Shown: piece after piece, positions 53,303 to 63,425 of the stretch
Layout: each line of letters opens with the position of its first letter
Position numbering within the stretch: the stretch's first letter is position 1
Program-made: the position numbers and the translations under genes
Source of the DNA: an uncultured Bacilli bacterium
GTDB taxonomy: Bacteria; Bacillota_I; Bacilli_A; RF39; UBA660
Length of the DNA: 64,000 nt
Direction: 5' to 3'
Assembly: GCA_947632065.1 (NCBI GenBank)
Contig: CANRNO010000002.1
Location: forward strand, 234-64,233
The notes under the pieces: generated by a model
Seen by the model: only the letters and a program-made list of their open reading frames with translations
Database searches by the model: none
Told to the model about the DNA's origin: nothing

Positions 53303-54427
53303 ATATGTACGTATTGGTAAAACTAATTGAGTTAAACTCTCATCATCCAATGATTTAATAATAATAGGTTTTACTTCTCCAACAAAATTTATTTCCACAG
53401 TTTTTGTTGAAAAAGATTTTAAAGCTTCCATCATATACTTAGCACTAAATGAAATTTTAATATTTTTTCCACTATTATTGTTAATTTTCATTTTCTCTTC
53501 TACTTTTCCTATTTCTGCTGCTTGACTTCTAATATAAAGTTCATTACCATCAGTTTCTAATGTAACTATATTTTTTTCTTTATCACTCATCAAGATACTA
53601 GCTCTATCTATTACACTATAAAACTGATCTAGATTAACATTAATATTAAAGAAATAATCTTTTGGAAGTAAATTAGTAGTATTAGGATAAGTTCCATTAA
53701 TAATTCTTGATTGGAATTTTAAAGTATTATGCTTAAATAATACCTTATTATTAAAGATATGTATTTCGATAGATTCATTATTATCATCTAATATTTTAAA
53801 AAGTTCTTCCAAATTATGACTAGGAATAACAATATTAAAATTTTCATTTAATTCCTTATTTAATTTAACTATTTTTCTAGCTAAACGATATGAATCAGTT
53901 GAATTACATTCTAATATATTACCAACAAAATTAAAATTAATACCAGTTAAAATAGGTTTTGTTTCTTCATGAGAAGATGCAAAAGCAGTCTGCACTACTA
54001 TTTGTTTTAAATCTTCTGTTGTTATCTCTATTTTATCTTTACTCTCTTCCAATGCTATATTAGGAAATTCAGATTCTACAATACCATTTAAATTAAATTC
54101 ACTATTTTCTGTATAAATTCTAATTTTAAAACCATCTATTACTTCTATATTAATAAATTCACTAGGTAATTTTCTTACTATATCTAATATATATTTACCC
54201 TGAACAATTATACTACCTTCTTTTTCTATAGAAAAGTCTTCTTCTTTATCTTTAGGAATTTCTACTTGAATAGTAATATCATTATCAGAAGCAGTAAGTA
54301 ATAATCTTTTTTTATTTAACTCCATTTTTATACCAGATAATACAGGTATTAAATTTTTAGTTGATATTGCCTTTGATACTTTCATTAAAGCACCCATCAT
54401 TAAATCTTTTTTTATTGTAAATTTCAT
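53300..54427 (-). CDS. dnaN: DNA polymerase III beta sliding clamp
   Basis: 375 aa with an MKFTI.KD.L N-terminus. Directly downstream of dnaA. Confidence 0.95.
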   Translation of the reverse strand: MKFTIKKDLMMGALMKVSKAISTKNLIPVLSGIKMELNKKRLLLTASDNDITIQVEIPKDKEEDFSIEKEGSIIVQGKYILDIVRKLPSEFINIEVIDGFKIRIYTENSEFNLNGIVESEFPNIALEESKDKIEITTEDLKQIVVQTAFASSHEETKPILTGINFNFVGNILECNSTDSYRLARKIVKLNKELNENFNIVIPSHNLEELFKILDDNNESIEIHIFNNKVLFKHNTLKFQSRIINGTYPNTTNLLPKDYFFNINVNLDQFYSVIDRASILMSDKEKNIVTLETDGNELYIRSQAAEIGKVEEKMKINNNSGKNIKISFSAKYMMEALKSFSTKTVEINFVGEVKPIIIKSLDDESLTQLVLPIRTY

Positions 54428-54575
54428 TATATATACCTTCTTTCTTTTTATAATTATTTTTTATATTATTACTGTGGAAAAAGTTTAAAACTATATTTTT
54501 CCTTATTATTACTACAAATTATTAAACATTTCTATGTGGAAAACAAGTGAATAATTTTATATTTTCCACAAATGA
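54428..54575. other. oriC: oriC downstream module (dnaA-dnaN intergenic): three DnaA boxes plus an AT-rich candidate unwinding element
   Basis: Exact TTTTCCACA boxes at 54473-54481 (reverse), 54535-54543 (reverse) and 54562-54570. 54428-54472 is almost pure A/T. Confidence 0.75.
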
Positions 54576-55952
54576 TTATTGAATATCTTTTTTTAGCTTT
54601 TCTATAATATTAACTAAATCTTTATTAACTTTTAATTCTTGTTCTATTTTTTCAACAGAGTGCATTACTGTAGAATGGTCCTTTCCTCCAAATTCAGTTC
54701 CAATTTTAGGAAAAGATTCATCAGTAAGTTGTCTACATAAATACATGGCAATCTGTCTTGGAAAAGCAATATTAGCATTCCTTTTTTTACTTCTAATATC
54801 ATCCACACTAATTTGGAAATATTCAGATACAATTTTTTGAATTCTATGTACATCATTTTTTTCATAAAGACCTTTACTAATAAAGTCTTTTAAAGCTTCG
54901 ATTGCTAAATCAAGATCAATTTTAGAACTTCCCATAATAGCTGAATATGCAACAAGTCTTGTAATAGATCCTTCTAATTGTCTAACATCATTTCCCATAT
55001 TAGAAGCAATATATTCAATAACATCATCAGGAATTTCTTGTTCTATATTTCCAGCTGAAATCTTTTTCTTTAAAATTTCTTTTCTAAGATTAAAATCAGG
55101 AGGATCAATATTAACAGTCAAACCCCAACAAAATCTTGTTTTTAACCTACTTTCTAATAGTTTTAAATCATCTGGAGATCTATCAGAAGATATTATAATC
55201 TGCTTATTATTATCGTGTAAACTAGTAAAAGTATGAAAAAATTCTTGTTGTGATTGAGTAGCTCTACCCAAAAATTGTATATCATCTATCATTAAAACAT
55301 CAATATTTCGGTATTTATTTTTGAAAAAATTGACGGAATCAAAGTTTGTCCCCTTCTCATCTTTTTTATTTATTCCTATAAAATCATCAATAAATTGATC
55401 ACTTGTAACATAAAGGACTTTCTTATTACTATGTTCCACAATATAATTTCCAATCGCATGCATTAAGTGAGTCTTTCCTAGCCCACTATTACCATATAAA
55501 AATAATGGATTATACATTTTACCTGGATTTTCTGCAACAGAACAAGCTGCTGCTTGAGCAAATTTATTGCTACTACCTACTATAAAATTTTCAAAAGTAT
55601 ATTTTGGATTTAAATTATTCCTAGCAGGTGGTGGATTAAGTCCGCTAAAAAAAACATCTTCTCTTAAATTTTCTGGTTGCCTCTCCTCTACTTCTTGCTT
55701 TTGTACCTCTTCAGGAAGAAGAAACTCGATATCAAACTCTTCACCAGTAACATCTTCTAAAGTCTTTATAATCAATTCTAAATAATTATCAGCTAAATGT
55801 TTCTTATGTATAGACATAGGAACCAATATAACAGCTTTCCCGTCTTCCAAACTATAAAGTTTAGTCTCTGCAAACCAAGTCTTATAAGAAAGTGAAGTTA
55901 AATCTTGATTGATTTGCTTCAAAAAATTAGACCAAATTATTTCAACATTCAT
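54576..55952 (-). CDS. dnaA: Chromosomal replication initiator DnaA
   Basis: 458 aa. Walker A GNSGLGKTHL, domain IV FGGKDHSTVMH. Confidence 0.98.
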   Translation of the reverse strand: MNVEIIWSNFLKQINQDLTSLSYKTWFAETKLYSLEDGKAVILVPMSIHKKHLADNYLELIIKTLEDVTGEEFDIEFLLPEEVQKQEVEERQPENLREDVFFSGLNPPPARNNLNPKYTFENFIVGSSNKFAQAAACSVAENPGKMYNPLFLYGNSGLGKTHLMHAIGNYIVEHSNKKVLYVTSDQFIDDFIGINKKDEKGTNFDSVNFFKNKYRNIDVLMIDDIQFLGRATQSQQEFFHTFTSLHDNNKQIIISSDRSPDDLKLLESRLKTRFCWGLTVNIDPPDFNLRKEILKKKISAGNIEQEIPDDVIEYIASNMGNDVRQLEGSITRLVAYSAIMGSSKIDLDLAIEALKDFISKGLYEKNDVHRIQKIVSEYFQISVDDIRSKKRNANIAFPRQIAMYLCRQLTDESFPKIGTEFGGKDHSTVMHSVEKIEQELKVNKDLVNIIEKLKKDIQ

Positions 55953-56216
55953 TCTACCACTCCCCTATAAAAACGAAAATATAAAAGATAAATCTAGTGT
56001 AACTCATCTGAGGAAAAAGGTAAATAAAATATTTAAAAAAAATTTAATTCACAACTTTTCCTCATTTTTTTCCTCAATTAAAAACTTTATTTTAAAAAGA
56101 AAAAGTATTGTTTTCCACATTTTCCACAAATTTAAATCCTCAATTGTTAATAATGAAATCCACAAGGCTGTGAAAACTGTGAATTAAATTTATTTCAACA
56201 AATTTCGCTATACTAA
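55953..56216. other. oriC: oriC upstream module (rpmH-dnaA intergenic) with a DnaA-box cluster
   Basis: Tandem exact TTTTCCACA boxes at 56111-56119 and 56120-56128. Weaker boxes are AAATCCACA at 56156-56164, TGTGAATTA at 56178-56186 and TAATTCACA at 56045-56053. Confidence 0.75.
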
Positions 56217-56246
56217 TTGACAAAAACCTATTTTTTCTATTATAAT
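56217..56246 (+). promoter_or_regulatory. Sigma-A promoter of rpmH
   Basis: TTGACA (56217-56222) - 18 nt - TATAAT (56241-56246). Confidence 0.5.
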
Positions 56247-56277
56247 AATGGAGATTTATGACTGGAGGTGGACTGTA

Positions 56278-56400
56278 ATGAAAAGAACATATCAACCAAA
56301 CAATAGAAAAAAAGCAAAGAAACATGGATTTTTTGCACGCAAGAAAACTAATATTCTAAATAGACGTCGTCGTAAAGGTCGTAAAAGACTTTGTAAATAG
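56278..56400 (+). CDS. rpmH: 50S ribosomal protein L34
   Basis: Not in the ORF track because it is under 60 aa. My translation is [40 protein letters not shown], with a GGAGGTGG SD upstream. Confidence 0.9.
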   Translation: MKRTYQPNNRKKAKKHGFFARKKTNILNRRRRKGRKRLCK

Positions 56401-56404
56401 TATT

Positions 56405-56428
56405 CCACTTTAAACAAAGTGGTTTTTT
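56405..56428 (+). terminator. Hairpin plus T-tract between rpmH and rnpA (terminator/attenuator)
   Basis: CCACTTT-AAAC-AAAGTGG followed by TTTTTT. Confidence 0.6.
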
Positions 56429-56449
56429 ACTATTATAAAGAGGTGTCAT

Positions 56450-56782
56450 ATGAAAAAAAAATTTATAGTAAAAAGTAATCGTGATTTTGAAAAAATAATA
56501 AAAACAGGAGCCTTCAAAAAAAATAGACATTACATAATCTATTATAAGAAAGCAAAATATGAATATAGTAGATTTGGTATTTCTGTTAGTAAAAAATTAG
56601 GTAATGCTGTTTTTAGAAATCATTACAAAAGAAAAATTCGTAGTATTGTAGATAATTATCGAAAATCTATTCCAAATAATTTTGATTATGTTATAATAAT
56701 GAGAAGAGACATGATAAATTTAACTTATCGCGATATGGAGAAATCTTTCTTTAAGTTAATGGAAGATATAGAGAAAGGATAA
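56450..56782 (+). CDS. rnpA: Ribonuclease P protein component
   Basis: 110 aa, basic, with an RFGISVSKK.GNAV.RN..KR motif. Follows rpmH. Confidence 0.9.
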   Translation: MKKKFIVKSNRDFEKIIKTGAFKKNRHYIIYYKKAKYEYSRFGISVSKKLGNAVFRNHYKRKIRSIVDNYRKSIPNNFDYVIIMRRDMINLTYRDMEKSFFKLMEDIEKG

Positions 56783-56783
56783 T

Positions 56784-57722
56784 GTGCATATGAACAAAAC
56801 AAACAAAAAAAAATTAGTAATTCTCTTAGTATTGTTAGTATCATTATGTTTTATATCAACCGGTTGTACTAAAACTTTAATTGATAAAAACAACAAAGCA
56901 GTAAAAAATGAGGTTACAGGTCAAAACTTAACAGAAAATATTCTTTGTAAACCAACTAACAAAGAAACAATAAAAGCTTATGAAAAAAACAAAGTAAAAT
57001 TAGATAAATTGCCAGATTGTGAGAAATTCACAGTAACATCAGGTAAATACGAAGGATTATGGACAACATTTTTGATAAAACCACTTGCATACATTCTAAT
57101 TTTATTAGGAAAAACAGTTAATAGTTATGCAATATCATTAATTCTTATAAGTTTAATTATTAGATTATTACTTTATCCAGTAACAAAAAAGACTGCGATG
57201 CAATCAGAACTTATGAAAAAAGCTCAACCAGAACTTAATCGTATTCAAAACAAATACAAAGGAAAAGAAGATCAAGAATCAATGATGCGTCAAAGTCAAG
57301 AAATGATGGCGGTATATAAAAAATATAATATGAATCCTATGTCAGGATGCTTATTCTCATTTATTCAATTACCACTTTTAATTGCATTTTTTGAAGCAGT
57401 ACAAAGAACACCAGCCATATTTGAAGATAAATTCTTAACTTTACAAATGGGAACAACACCAGTAGTTGGACTTGGAACATCATCAAGTATTGCTTACTTA
57501 ATTTTAGCAATCTTAATAGGTGCAACAACATTCTTTGCTTTCAAAATGAATATGGCAGGCAATACATTAGATGATAGTATGAAATCTATGCCAATTGTAA
57601 TGACTGGTATAATAACAGTAACAGGTATACTAATGCCAAGTGCACTAGGAATTTATTGGATAACTACTAATATATTTACTATTTTCCAAAATGAAATGGT
57701 TAAAAGGAGTAAGAAAAAATGA
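56784..57722 (+). CDS. yidC: Membrane protein insertase YidC/SpoIIIJ (lipoprotein type)
   Basis: Lipobox LCFISTGC and the Oxa1 core (YPVTKK...MQ...P....IQ.KYK). The start could be the GTG at 56784 or the ATG at 56790. Confidence 0.9.
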   Translation: MHMNKTNKKKLVILLVLLVSLCFISTGCTKTLIDKNNKAVKNEVTGQNLTENILCKPTNKETIKAYEKNKVKLDKLPDCEKFTVTSGKYEGLWTTFLIKPLAYILILLGKTVNSYAISLILISLIIRLLLYPVTKKTAMQSELMKKAQPELNRIQNKYKGKEDQESMMRQSQEMMAVYKKYNMNPMSGCLFSFIQLPLLIAFFEAVQRTPAIFEDKFLTLQMGTTPVVGLGTSSSIAYLILAILIGATTFFAFKMNMAGNTLDDSMKSMPIVMTGIITVTGILMPSALGIYWITTNIFTIFQNEMVKRSKKK

Positions 57723-58330
57723 AAAAAGAAAGATATAGTGCAAAAACAAAAGAAGAAGCAATTAAAAATGCAACCATAGATTTACAAGAGTTAGAAGAAA
57801 ATTTAATTATAATTGAAAAAGAGAGTAAACAAGGACTTTTCAGTAAAAAAGTAGAAATAGAAGTTATTGAAAAAAGAGATGTAGTAGATTTTATAAAAAC
57901 ATATTTACATGGACTAATAAAAGATTTAGGTATAGAAGCTAATATAGAAGTAAAAAATAGTAATGAAATTCCAACTTATTCAATATATTCAGATAATGAT
58001 GCATTATTAATAGGGAAAAATGGAAAAAATTTAAAAGCTTTATCAATAATAACTGCTAATGTAGTAAAAAAAGAATTAGGTATGCCGTTTAAATTTTTAA
58101 TAGATGTAAGTGATTATAAAGAAAAAAGAGAAAGACAATTAGTAAGACTAGCAAGATCAATCGCAAGAGAAGTAAAAACATCTAAAATAGAAGCTCAAAT
58201 GGATTCAATGAATTCATATGAAAGAAGAATAGTTCATAATGCACTTACTAACAATAAATATGTTTATACAGAAAGTACAGGAGAAGAACCAAATAGAAGA
58301 GTAGTTATAAAACCAAAAGAGGATAAATAA
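57719..58330 (+). CDS. jag: Jag/KhpB RNA-binding protein (KH + R3H)
   Basis: C-terminal R3H region SMNSYERRIVHNAL...TES.GEEP.R.VVI. Follows yidC. Confidence 0.85.
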   Translation: MKKERYSAKTKEEAIKNATIDLQELEENLIIIEKESKQGLFSKKVEIEVIEKRDVVDFIKTYLHGLIKDLGIEANIEVKNSNEIPTYSIYSDNDALLIGKNGKNLKALSIITANVVKKELGMPFKFLIDVSDYKEKRERQLVRLARSIAREVKTSKIEAQMDSMNSYERRIVHNALTNNKYVYTESTGEEPNRRVVIKPKEDK

Positions 58331-58356
58331 ATCTTCTTTTTTTCTTAGTAAAAATA

Positions 58357-58365
58357 TGTTATAAT
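58357..58365 (+). promoter_or_regulatory. Extended -10 element (TGTTATAAT) upstream of mnmE
   Basis: TGTTATAAT lies about 40 nt upstream of the mnmE ATG. No clear -35 element. Confidence 0.35.
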
Positions 58366-58405
58366 ATCCTCGCAAGAAATAAAAAGGTCTAAAGGAAGTG
58401 ATAGA

Positions 58406-59758
58406 ATGAATGATACAATTGCTGCCATTTCAACAAGTTTAGGAGTAGGAGCTATATCAATTATTAGAGTAAGTGGAAAAGATGCTATAAAAATAGTAAA
58501 TAATTTTTTTAATGGAAAAGATTTGAACAAAGTAGAAAGTCATACTATAAATTATGGATATATAAAAAATAATAATGAAATAATAGATGAAGTATTAATA
58601 TCAGTTATGAAAGAGCCAAAAACATTTACAAGAGAAGATGTAGTAGAAATAAACTGTCATGGTGGAATAATGAGTACAAATAAAATATTAGAACTTCTTT
58701 TAACAACAGACATTCGTCTTGCCGAACCAGGGGAATTCACAAAAAGAGCTTTTTTAAATGGAAGAATAGATTTAACTCAAAGTGAAGCTATTATGGATTT
58801 AATAGAAAGTAAAAGTGAAGAAGCACGAAAAATAGCAGTCAACCAATTATCAGGAAAAACTTCTAATTTAATAAAGAACTTTAGAGAAGAACTAAAAGAT
58901 ATTATTTCAAATATAGAAGTAAATATAGATTACCCAGAATATCAAGATATAGAAGAAGTAACAAAAGAAAAAATGCAAAAAACTTTACCACAATTAAAAG
59001 AAAAACTAACTAATTTATTAGAAAAGTCTCAAAATATGAACATTATAAAAGATGGTATAAAAACAGTTATAGTAGGAAAACCTAATGTAGGAAAAAGTAG
59101 TATTCTAAACTTATTTTTAGAACATGATAAAGCAATAGTAACAGATATTCCAGGAACTACAAGAGATATAGTAGAAGGGGAAGTATATTTAAATGGAATA
59201 CTACTTAATATGATAGATACCGCAGGAATTAGAGAAAGTAGTGATAAAGTAGAAAACATTGGAGTTAAAAAAAGTATAGAATTAATTCAAGATGCAGACT
59301 TAGTGATATTAGTACTAGATTCATCCAAAGAATTAGAAAAAGAAGATTATGAAATAATAGAAAAATTAAAAAATAAGAACTATATTACAGTTTTAAATAA
59401 AAACGATTTAAAACAAAAAATAAATATAAAAGAAGATTTAGAAAATATTGTATCAATAAACACAAATAGTGAACAAGGAATAAAAGATTTACAAAATAAA
59501 ATAAAAGAATTATTTGATTTAGAAGAAATTTCTAAAAAAGATTATAATTATTTAACTAACACAAGACAATTAACACTTGTAAAAAAATCTATTGAAAGTT
59601 TAAAAGAAGCAGAAGAAGCACTAAAAAAAGAACTACCAATAGATATAATAGAAGTAAATATCAAAGAAGCATTTGATTTATTAGGAGAAATAATAGGTGA
59701 GGTTTATGATGAAGAAATTTTAGATCACTTATTTGAAAATTTCTGTGTTGGAAAATAG
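58406..59758 (+). CDS. mnmE: tRNA modification GTPase MnmE
   Basis: [31 protein letters not shown] and the C-terminal FCVGK. Confidence 0.95.
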   Translation: MNDTIAAISTSLGVGAISIIRVSGKDAIKIVNNFFNGKDLNKVESHTINYGYIKNNNEIIDEVLISVMKEPKTFTREDVVEINCHGGIMSTNKILELLLTTDIRLAEPGEFTKRAFLNGRIDLTQSEAIMDLIESKSEEARKIAVNQLSGKTSNLIKNFREELKDIISNIEVNIDYPEYQDIEEVTKEKMQKTLPQLKEKLTNLLEKSQNMNIIKDGIKTVIVGKPNVGKSSILNLFLEHDKAIVTDIPGTTRDIVEGEVYLNGILLNMIDTAGIRESSDKVENIGVKKSIELIQDADLVILVLDSSKELEKEDYEIIEKLKNKNYITVLNKNDLKQKINIKEDLENIVSINTNSEQGIKDLQNKIKELFDLEEISKKDYNYLTNTRQLTLVKKSIESLKEAEEALKKELPIDIIEVNIKEAFDLLGEIIGEVYDEEILDHLFENFCVGK

Positions 59759-59769
59759 GAAGTGAAATT

Positions 59770-61626
59770 ATGAAATATGAAGTAATAGTAGTAGGAGGAG
59801 GTCATGCTGGATGTGAAGCATCCCTTGCAGCTTCTCGTATGGGACATAAAACATTATTAATAACAGGTAATAAAAATAATATTGCTGATATGCCATGTAA
59901 TCCATCTATTGGAGGACCTGCTAAAGGTATAGTTGTAAGAGAAATAGATGCTTTAGGTGGAGAAATGGGAAAAAATACAGATAAAGGTTCTATTCAAATG
60001 AAAATGTTAAATACAAAAAAAGGACCAGCAGTAAGAGCCCTAAGAGCCCAAGCAGATAAAACAACTTATCCAAAAGAAATGTTAAAAACATTAGAAAATG
60101 AAGAAAACTTAACAATAAAAGAAGCAATGGTAGAAGATTTAATAGTAGAAGAGAACATAATAAAAGGTGTAATATTAGAAAATAAAGAAGAAATTCTATC
60201 AGATGCTGTAATATTAACAACAGGAACTTATCTAAAAGGACAAGTATTAGTCGGAAGTAAAAAGACAAGTAGTGGACCCCATGGGGAAAAACCAAGTCTT
60301 CATTTAAGTGATAAACTAAAAGAATTAGGATTTACTATATTAAGATTAAAAACAGGAACACCACCAAGATTAGAAAAATCATCAATTGATTATACACAAA
60401 CTAGTCTAGAACCTGGAGATAATGAAGTACATAATTTTTCTTTCTATGAAAAAACAGAATATGATCCGGAAAAACAAACTCCATGTCATCTAATATATAC
60501 AAACGAAAAAACCCACCAAATAATAAACGAACATTTAGATGAATCAAGTATGTACGGAGGTTATGTAGAAGGAGTAGGACCAAGATATTGTCCTTCTATA
60601 GAAGATAAAGTAGTAAGATTTAAAGATAAAAATCGTCATCAATTATTTTTAGAACCAGAAAGTCTTTATTATGATGATATATATTTACAAGGATTTTCAA
60701 CAAGTATGCCTCACTATGTCCAAGAACAAATGGTACATAGTCTTAAAGGGTTAGAAAATGCTAAAATATTAAAATATGCTTATGCTATTGAATATGATGC
60801 AATAGATTCTAGACAATTAAAGCAAAGTCTAGAAAGTAAATTAGTAGAAGGACTATATACTGCAGGACAAATCAATGGAACAAGTGGATATGAAGAAGCA
60901 GCAGGACAAGGATTAATAGCTGGAATTAATGCTTCATTAAAACTTGAAGGAAAACAACCATTAATATTAAAAAGAAATGAATCATATATTGGAGTTCTAA
61001 TAGATGACCTAACAACAAAAGGAGTAAGAGATCCATACAGATTACTAACATCACGAGCTGAATATAGATTACTATTACGTCATGACAATGCTGATTTAAG
61101 ACTTAGTGAATATGGTCATCAAATAGGATTATTAAAAGAAGAATATTATCAAAAATTCCAAAAAAAGAAACAAGGAATAAAAGAATTAATAACTTTCTTA
61201 GAAAATAATAAAATAACTCCTACAAAAGAAGTAAATAAATATTTAAAAGAAATACATTCTGCAGAACTAAAAGATGGTATAACTTTGTATAATTTATTAA
61301 AAAGACCAGAGATAACAATAGAAAATATAAAACATTTCTATCCTTTAGAATATCCAAAAGAAGTAATAGAACAAGTAGAAATTAATATAAAATATGAAGG
61401 ATACATTAAAAAAAGTCAAAAAGAAGCAGAGAAAATGTTAGAATTAGAAAACAAATTAATTCCAAAAGATATAGATTATAGTCAAATTTCAAATATAGCA
61501 AGCGAAGCAAAACAAAAATTATCAGAGATAAGACCAACCTCTATAGGTCAAGCATCTCGTATAAGTGGAGTAAATCCAGCCGATATTTCTATATTAATGG
61601 TTTATTTAAGAAAGAAGGCTAAATAA
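59770..61626 (+). CDS. mnmG: tRNA uridine 5-carboxymethylaminomethyl modification enzyme MnmG
   Basis: [16 protein letters not shown] motif and [11 protein letters not shown]. Confidence 0.97.
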   Translation: MKYEVIVVGGGHAGCEASLAASRMGHKTLLITGNKNNIADMPCNPSIGGPAKGIVVREIDALGGEMGKNTDKGSIQMKMLNTKKGPAVRALRAQADKTTYPKEMLKTLENEENLTIKEAMVEDLIVEENIIKGVILENKEEILSDAVILTTGTYLKGQVLVGSKKTSSGPHGEKPSLHLSDKLKELGFTILRLKTGTPPRLEKSSIDYTQTSLEPGDNEVHNFSFYEKTEYDPEKQTPCHLIYTNEKTHQIINEHLDESSMYGGYVEGVGPRYCPSIEDKVVRFKDKNRHQLFLEPESLYYDDIYLQGFSTSMPHYVQEQMVHSLKGLENAKILKYAYAIEYDAIDSRQLKQSLESKLVEGLYTAGQINGTSGYEEAAGQGLIAGINASLKLEGKQPLILKRNESYIGVLIDDLTTKGVRDPYRLLTSRAEYRLLLRHDNADLRLSEYGHQIGLLKEEYYQKFQKKKQGIKELITFLENNKITPTKEVNKYLKEIHSAELKDGITLYNLLKRPEITIENIKHFYPLEYPKEVIEQVEINIKYEGYIKKSQKEAEKMLELENKLIPKDIDYSQISNIASEAKQKLSEIRPTSIGQASRISGVNPADISILMVYLRKKAK

Positions 61627-62270
61627 TGACATGGGATGAATTTATACAAGAAACAAAAAAATTAGGAATACAAATAGATAAAGAAAAAGAAAATAAATTA
61701 AAAAAATTTTACAAATTACTTATTGAATGGAATCAGAAAATAAATTTAACTAGAATAACTGATGAACAAGAAGTTTATGAGAAACATTTTTATGATAGCC
61801 TAACTCTATCAAAAGTAGTTTCCTTAAAAGAAGAGAAAACTCTATTAGATATAGGAACAGGAGCAGGTTTTCCTGGAATAGTATTAAAAATATGTTATCC
61901 AAATTTAAAAATAACATTAATAGATTCTCTTTTAAAAAGAGTAAATTACTTAAACGAAATAATAAAAGAACTAGATTTAAAAGAAATAGAAGCCATTCAT
62001 ACTAGAGCAGAATTCTACAAACAAGAAAATAAAAAGTTTGATATTGTAACTTCAAGAGCGGTAGCAAAACTTCCTAAACTTCTAAATTATGCATTACCTT
62101 TCTTAAAAAAAGAAGGAATATTTGTAGCTATGAAAGCAAGTGTAGAAGAAGAGATAAAAGAGTCTCAAAATATATTAAATAAGAAAAAATATAAAATATC
62201 AAAGATTGAAACATTTAATCTACCAAAAGAAAAAAGTTTAAGAAATTTAGTAGTTATCAAAAGAAAATAA
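61626..62270 (+). CDS. rsmG: 16S rRNA (guanine527-N7)-methyltransferase
   Basis: NLT.I.....V.EKHF.DSL and DIGTGAGFPG motifs. Confidence 0.93.
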   Translation: MTWDEFIQETKKLGIQIDKEKENKLKKFYKLLIEWNQKINLTRITDEQEVYEKHFYDSLTLSKVVSLKEEKTLLDIGTGAGFPGIVLKICYPNLKITLIDSLLKRVNYLNEIIKELDLKEIEAIHTRAEFYKQENKKFDIVTSRAVAKLPKLLNYALPFLKKEGIFVAMKASVEEEIKESQNILNKKKYKISKIETFNLPKEKSLRNLVVIKRK

Positions 62271-62320
62271 TAGTTCTTAAAAACACTTAATCCTCATACA
62301 CTAAAGTAGGAGGACATAAT

Positions 62321-62611
62321 ATGGACAATAAAGAGAACATAAATAATTATAATCATGGTATAAATTTAGTAGAAAGAAAAAACCTAGTTATTTCAGGTGT
62401 AAAAAAAATAGAAAACTTCGATAAAGAACAATTTTTAATTGAAACAGTAATGGGAATGTTATTAGTAAAAGGAGAAGACTTAATATTAATTAAATTAGAT
62501 ACATTACAAGGTTCTCTTGCCATCAAAGGAATGGTAAGAAGTCTTTCTTATATAGAAGAAAATAAATTCAAAGATAAGGAAAATAGTATTTTTAATAGGC
62601 TTTTTAAATAA
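62321..62611 (+). CDS. yabP: Sporulation protein YabP
   Basis: 96 aa with an R..L.ISGV..I..FD......T..G.L.VKGEDL.I..L pattern. yabP-yabQ-divIC order as in B. subtilis. Confidence 0.8.
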   Translation: MDNKENINNYNHGINLVERKNLVISGVKKIENFDKEQFLIETVMGMLLVKGEDLILIKLDTLQGSLAIKGMVRSLSYIEENKFKDKENSIFNRLFK

Positions 62612-62928
62612 TGAATTTAAAAATTCAAATAATATCTAGTATAGTATCTTTAATTTATGGATATATTTTCTCATGTTTAGTTAATATTAATTATAAATTT
62701 CTTTTTTCTAAAGTACTATGGTTTAAAATAATTATTACCATTGTATTTATTATAGATTGTGGTCTATTATATTTTATAATTATAAAACATATAAATAATG
62801 GATACATTCACTATTATTTATATATTATGATAACTATAGGATTTTCTTTAGGATATGTAAAAACAAAATCATTAAGAGAGTTAACCACTACTATATATAA
62901 CAAATTAAAAATAAAATCAAAAACCTAG
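62611..62928 (+). CDS. yabQ: Spore cortex biosynthesis protein YabQ (small membrane protein)
   Basis: 105 aa with three hydrophobic segments, translationally coupled to yabP. Assigned mainly by synteny. Confidence 0.6.
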   Translation: MNLKIQIISSIVSLIYGYIFSCLVNINYKFLFSKVLWFKIIITIVFIIDCGLLYFIIIKHINNGYIHYYLYIMITIGFSLGYVKTKSLRELTTTIYNKLKIKSKT

Positions 62929-63008
62929 ATTTTCTAGATTTTTTCTTTTTGACATAAAAATAAAAATGTCAAATAATTGTAAAAAACAAAAAAACCTCTT
63001 TTTCTTTC

Positions 63009-63036
63009 TTGTACAAACTTATTATAGTGATATAAT
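63009..63036 (+). promoter_or_regulatory. Sigma-A type promoter upstream of divIC
   Basis: TTGTAC - 16 nt - TATAAT. Confidence 0.45.
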
Positions 63037-63061
63037 ATATGTTAGGAAGGTAGGTAAAATT

Positions 63062-63358
63062 ATGGCACGTAAAAAGAAAAATAAATATCATTCTAAAAAA
63101 AGAATTATAATGTATGCTATTTTTTCTGTTGTCGTAATAATTTTTACAACCTTTACAATAGGAAAGTATTGGGTAGAAATAATAGATAAATACCAAGAAA
63201 AACAAGAATTAGAAAAAAAATTAGTAAAATTAAAAGAAAAAGCAGAAGAACTTAAAGTTGATGCAGACAAACTGCAAGATTCTGATTATATAGCACGTTA
63301 TGCAAGAGAAAAATATAATTATTCAAAAGAAGGAGAGTTTATTTTACGAATACCGTAA
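63062..63358 (+). CDS. divIC: Septum formation initiator DivIC/FtsB family
   Basis: Basic N-terminus, one TM helix, then a coiled coil (QELEKKLVKLKEKAEELKVDADKLQD) and YIARYAREKY. ATG at 63062 with an AGGAAGG SD. The upstream ORF-track extension overlaps the promoter. Confidence 0.75.
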   Translation: MARKKKNKYHSKKRIIMYAIFSVVVIIFTTFTIGKYWVEIIDKYQEKQELEKKLVKLKEKAEELKVDADKLQDSDYIARYAREKYNYSKEGEFILRIP

Positions 63359-63425
63359 AGTAAACTTTTAATTTGTTATTGATATCCACTACTAAATTAG
63401 ATACAATATTTATGGAGATGAAGTT

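Noticed and set aside
55909-56530. Three ORF-track entries (55909..56187 +, 56140..56325 -, 56348..56530 -) in the dnaA-rpmH region.
   Set aside because: They overlap the DnaA-box cluster, the rpmH promoter and CDS, and the rnpA start. They have no SD and low-complexity translations. They are artefacts of AT-rich non-coding DNA.
59990-60295. A 101-aa Leu-rich ORF antisense to mnmG. Similar antisense ORFs occur at 167..367, 4695..4979, 7228..7428, 10516..10888, 13919..14149, 15785..16306, 36864..37100, 39213..39491, 48050..48310, 49599..49877 and 51128..51361.
   Set aside because: All lie entirely inside well-supported genes on the opposite strand. They show the low-complexity composition expected from antisense AT-rich coding DNA and lack SD sequences.
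62295-62302. CATACACT upstream of yabP, resembling a sigma-E -10 element (yabP-yabQ is sigma-E-dependent in B. subtilis).
   Set aside because: There is no acceptable -35 (ATATT-like) at the right spacing. The implied transcription start would fall inside the SD, only about 12 nt from the ATG.
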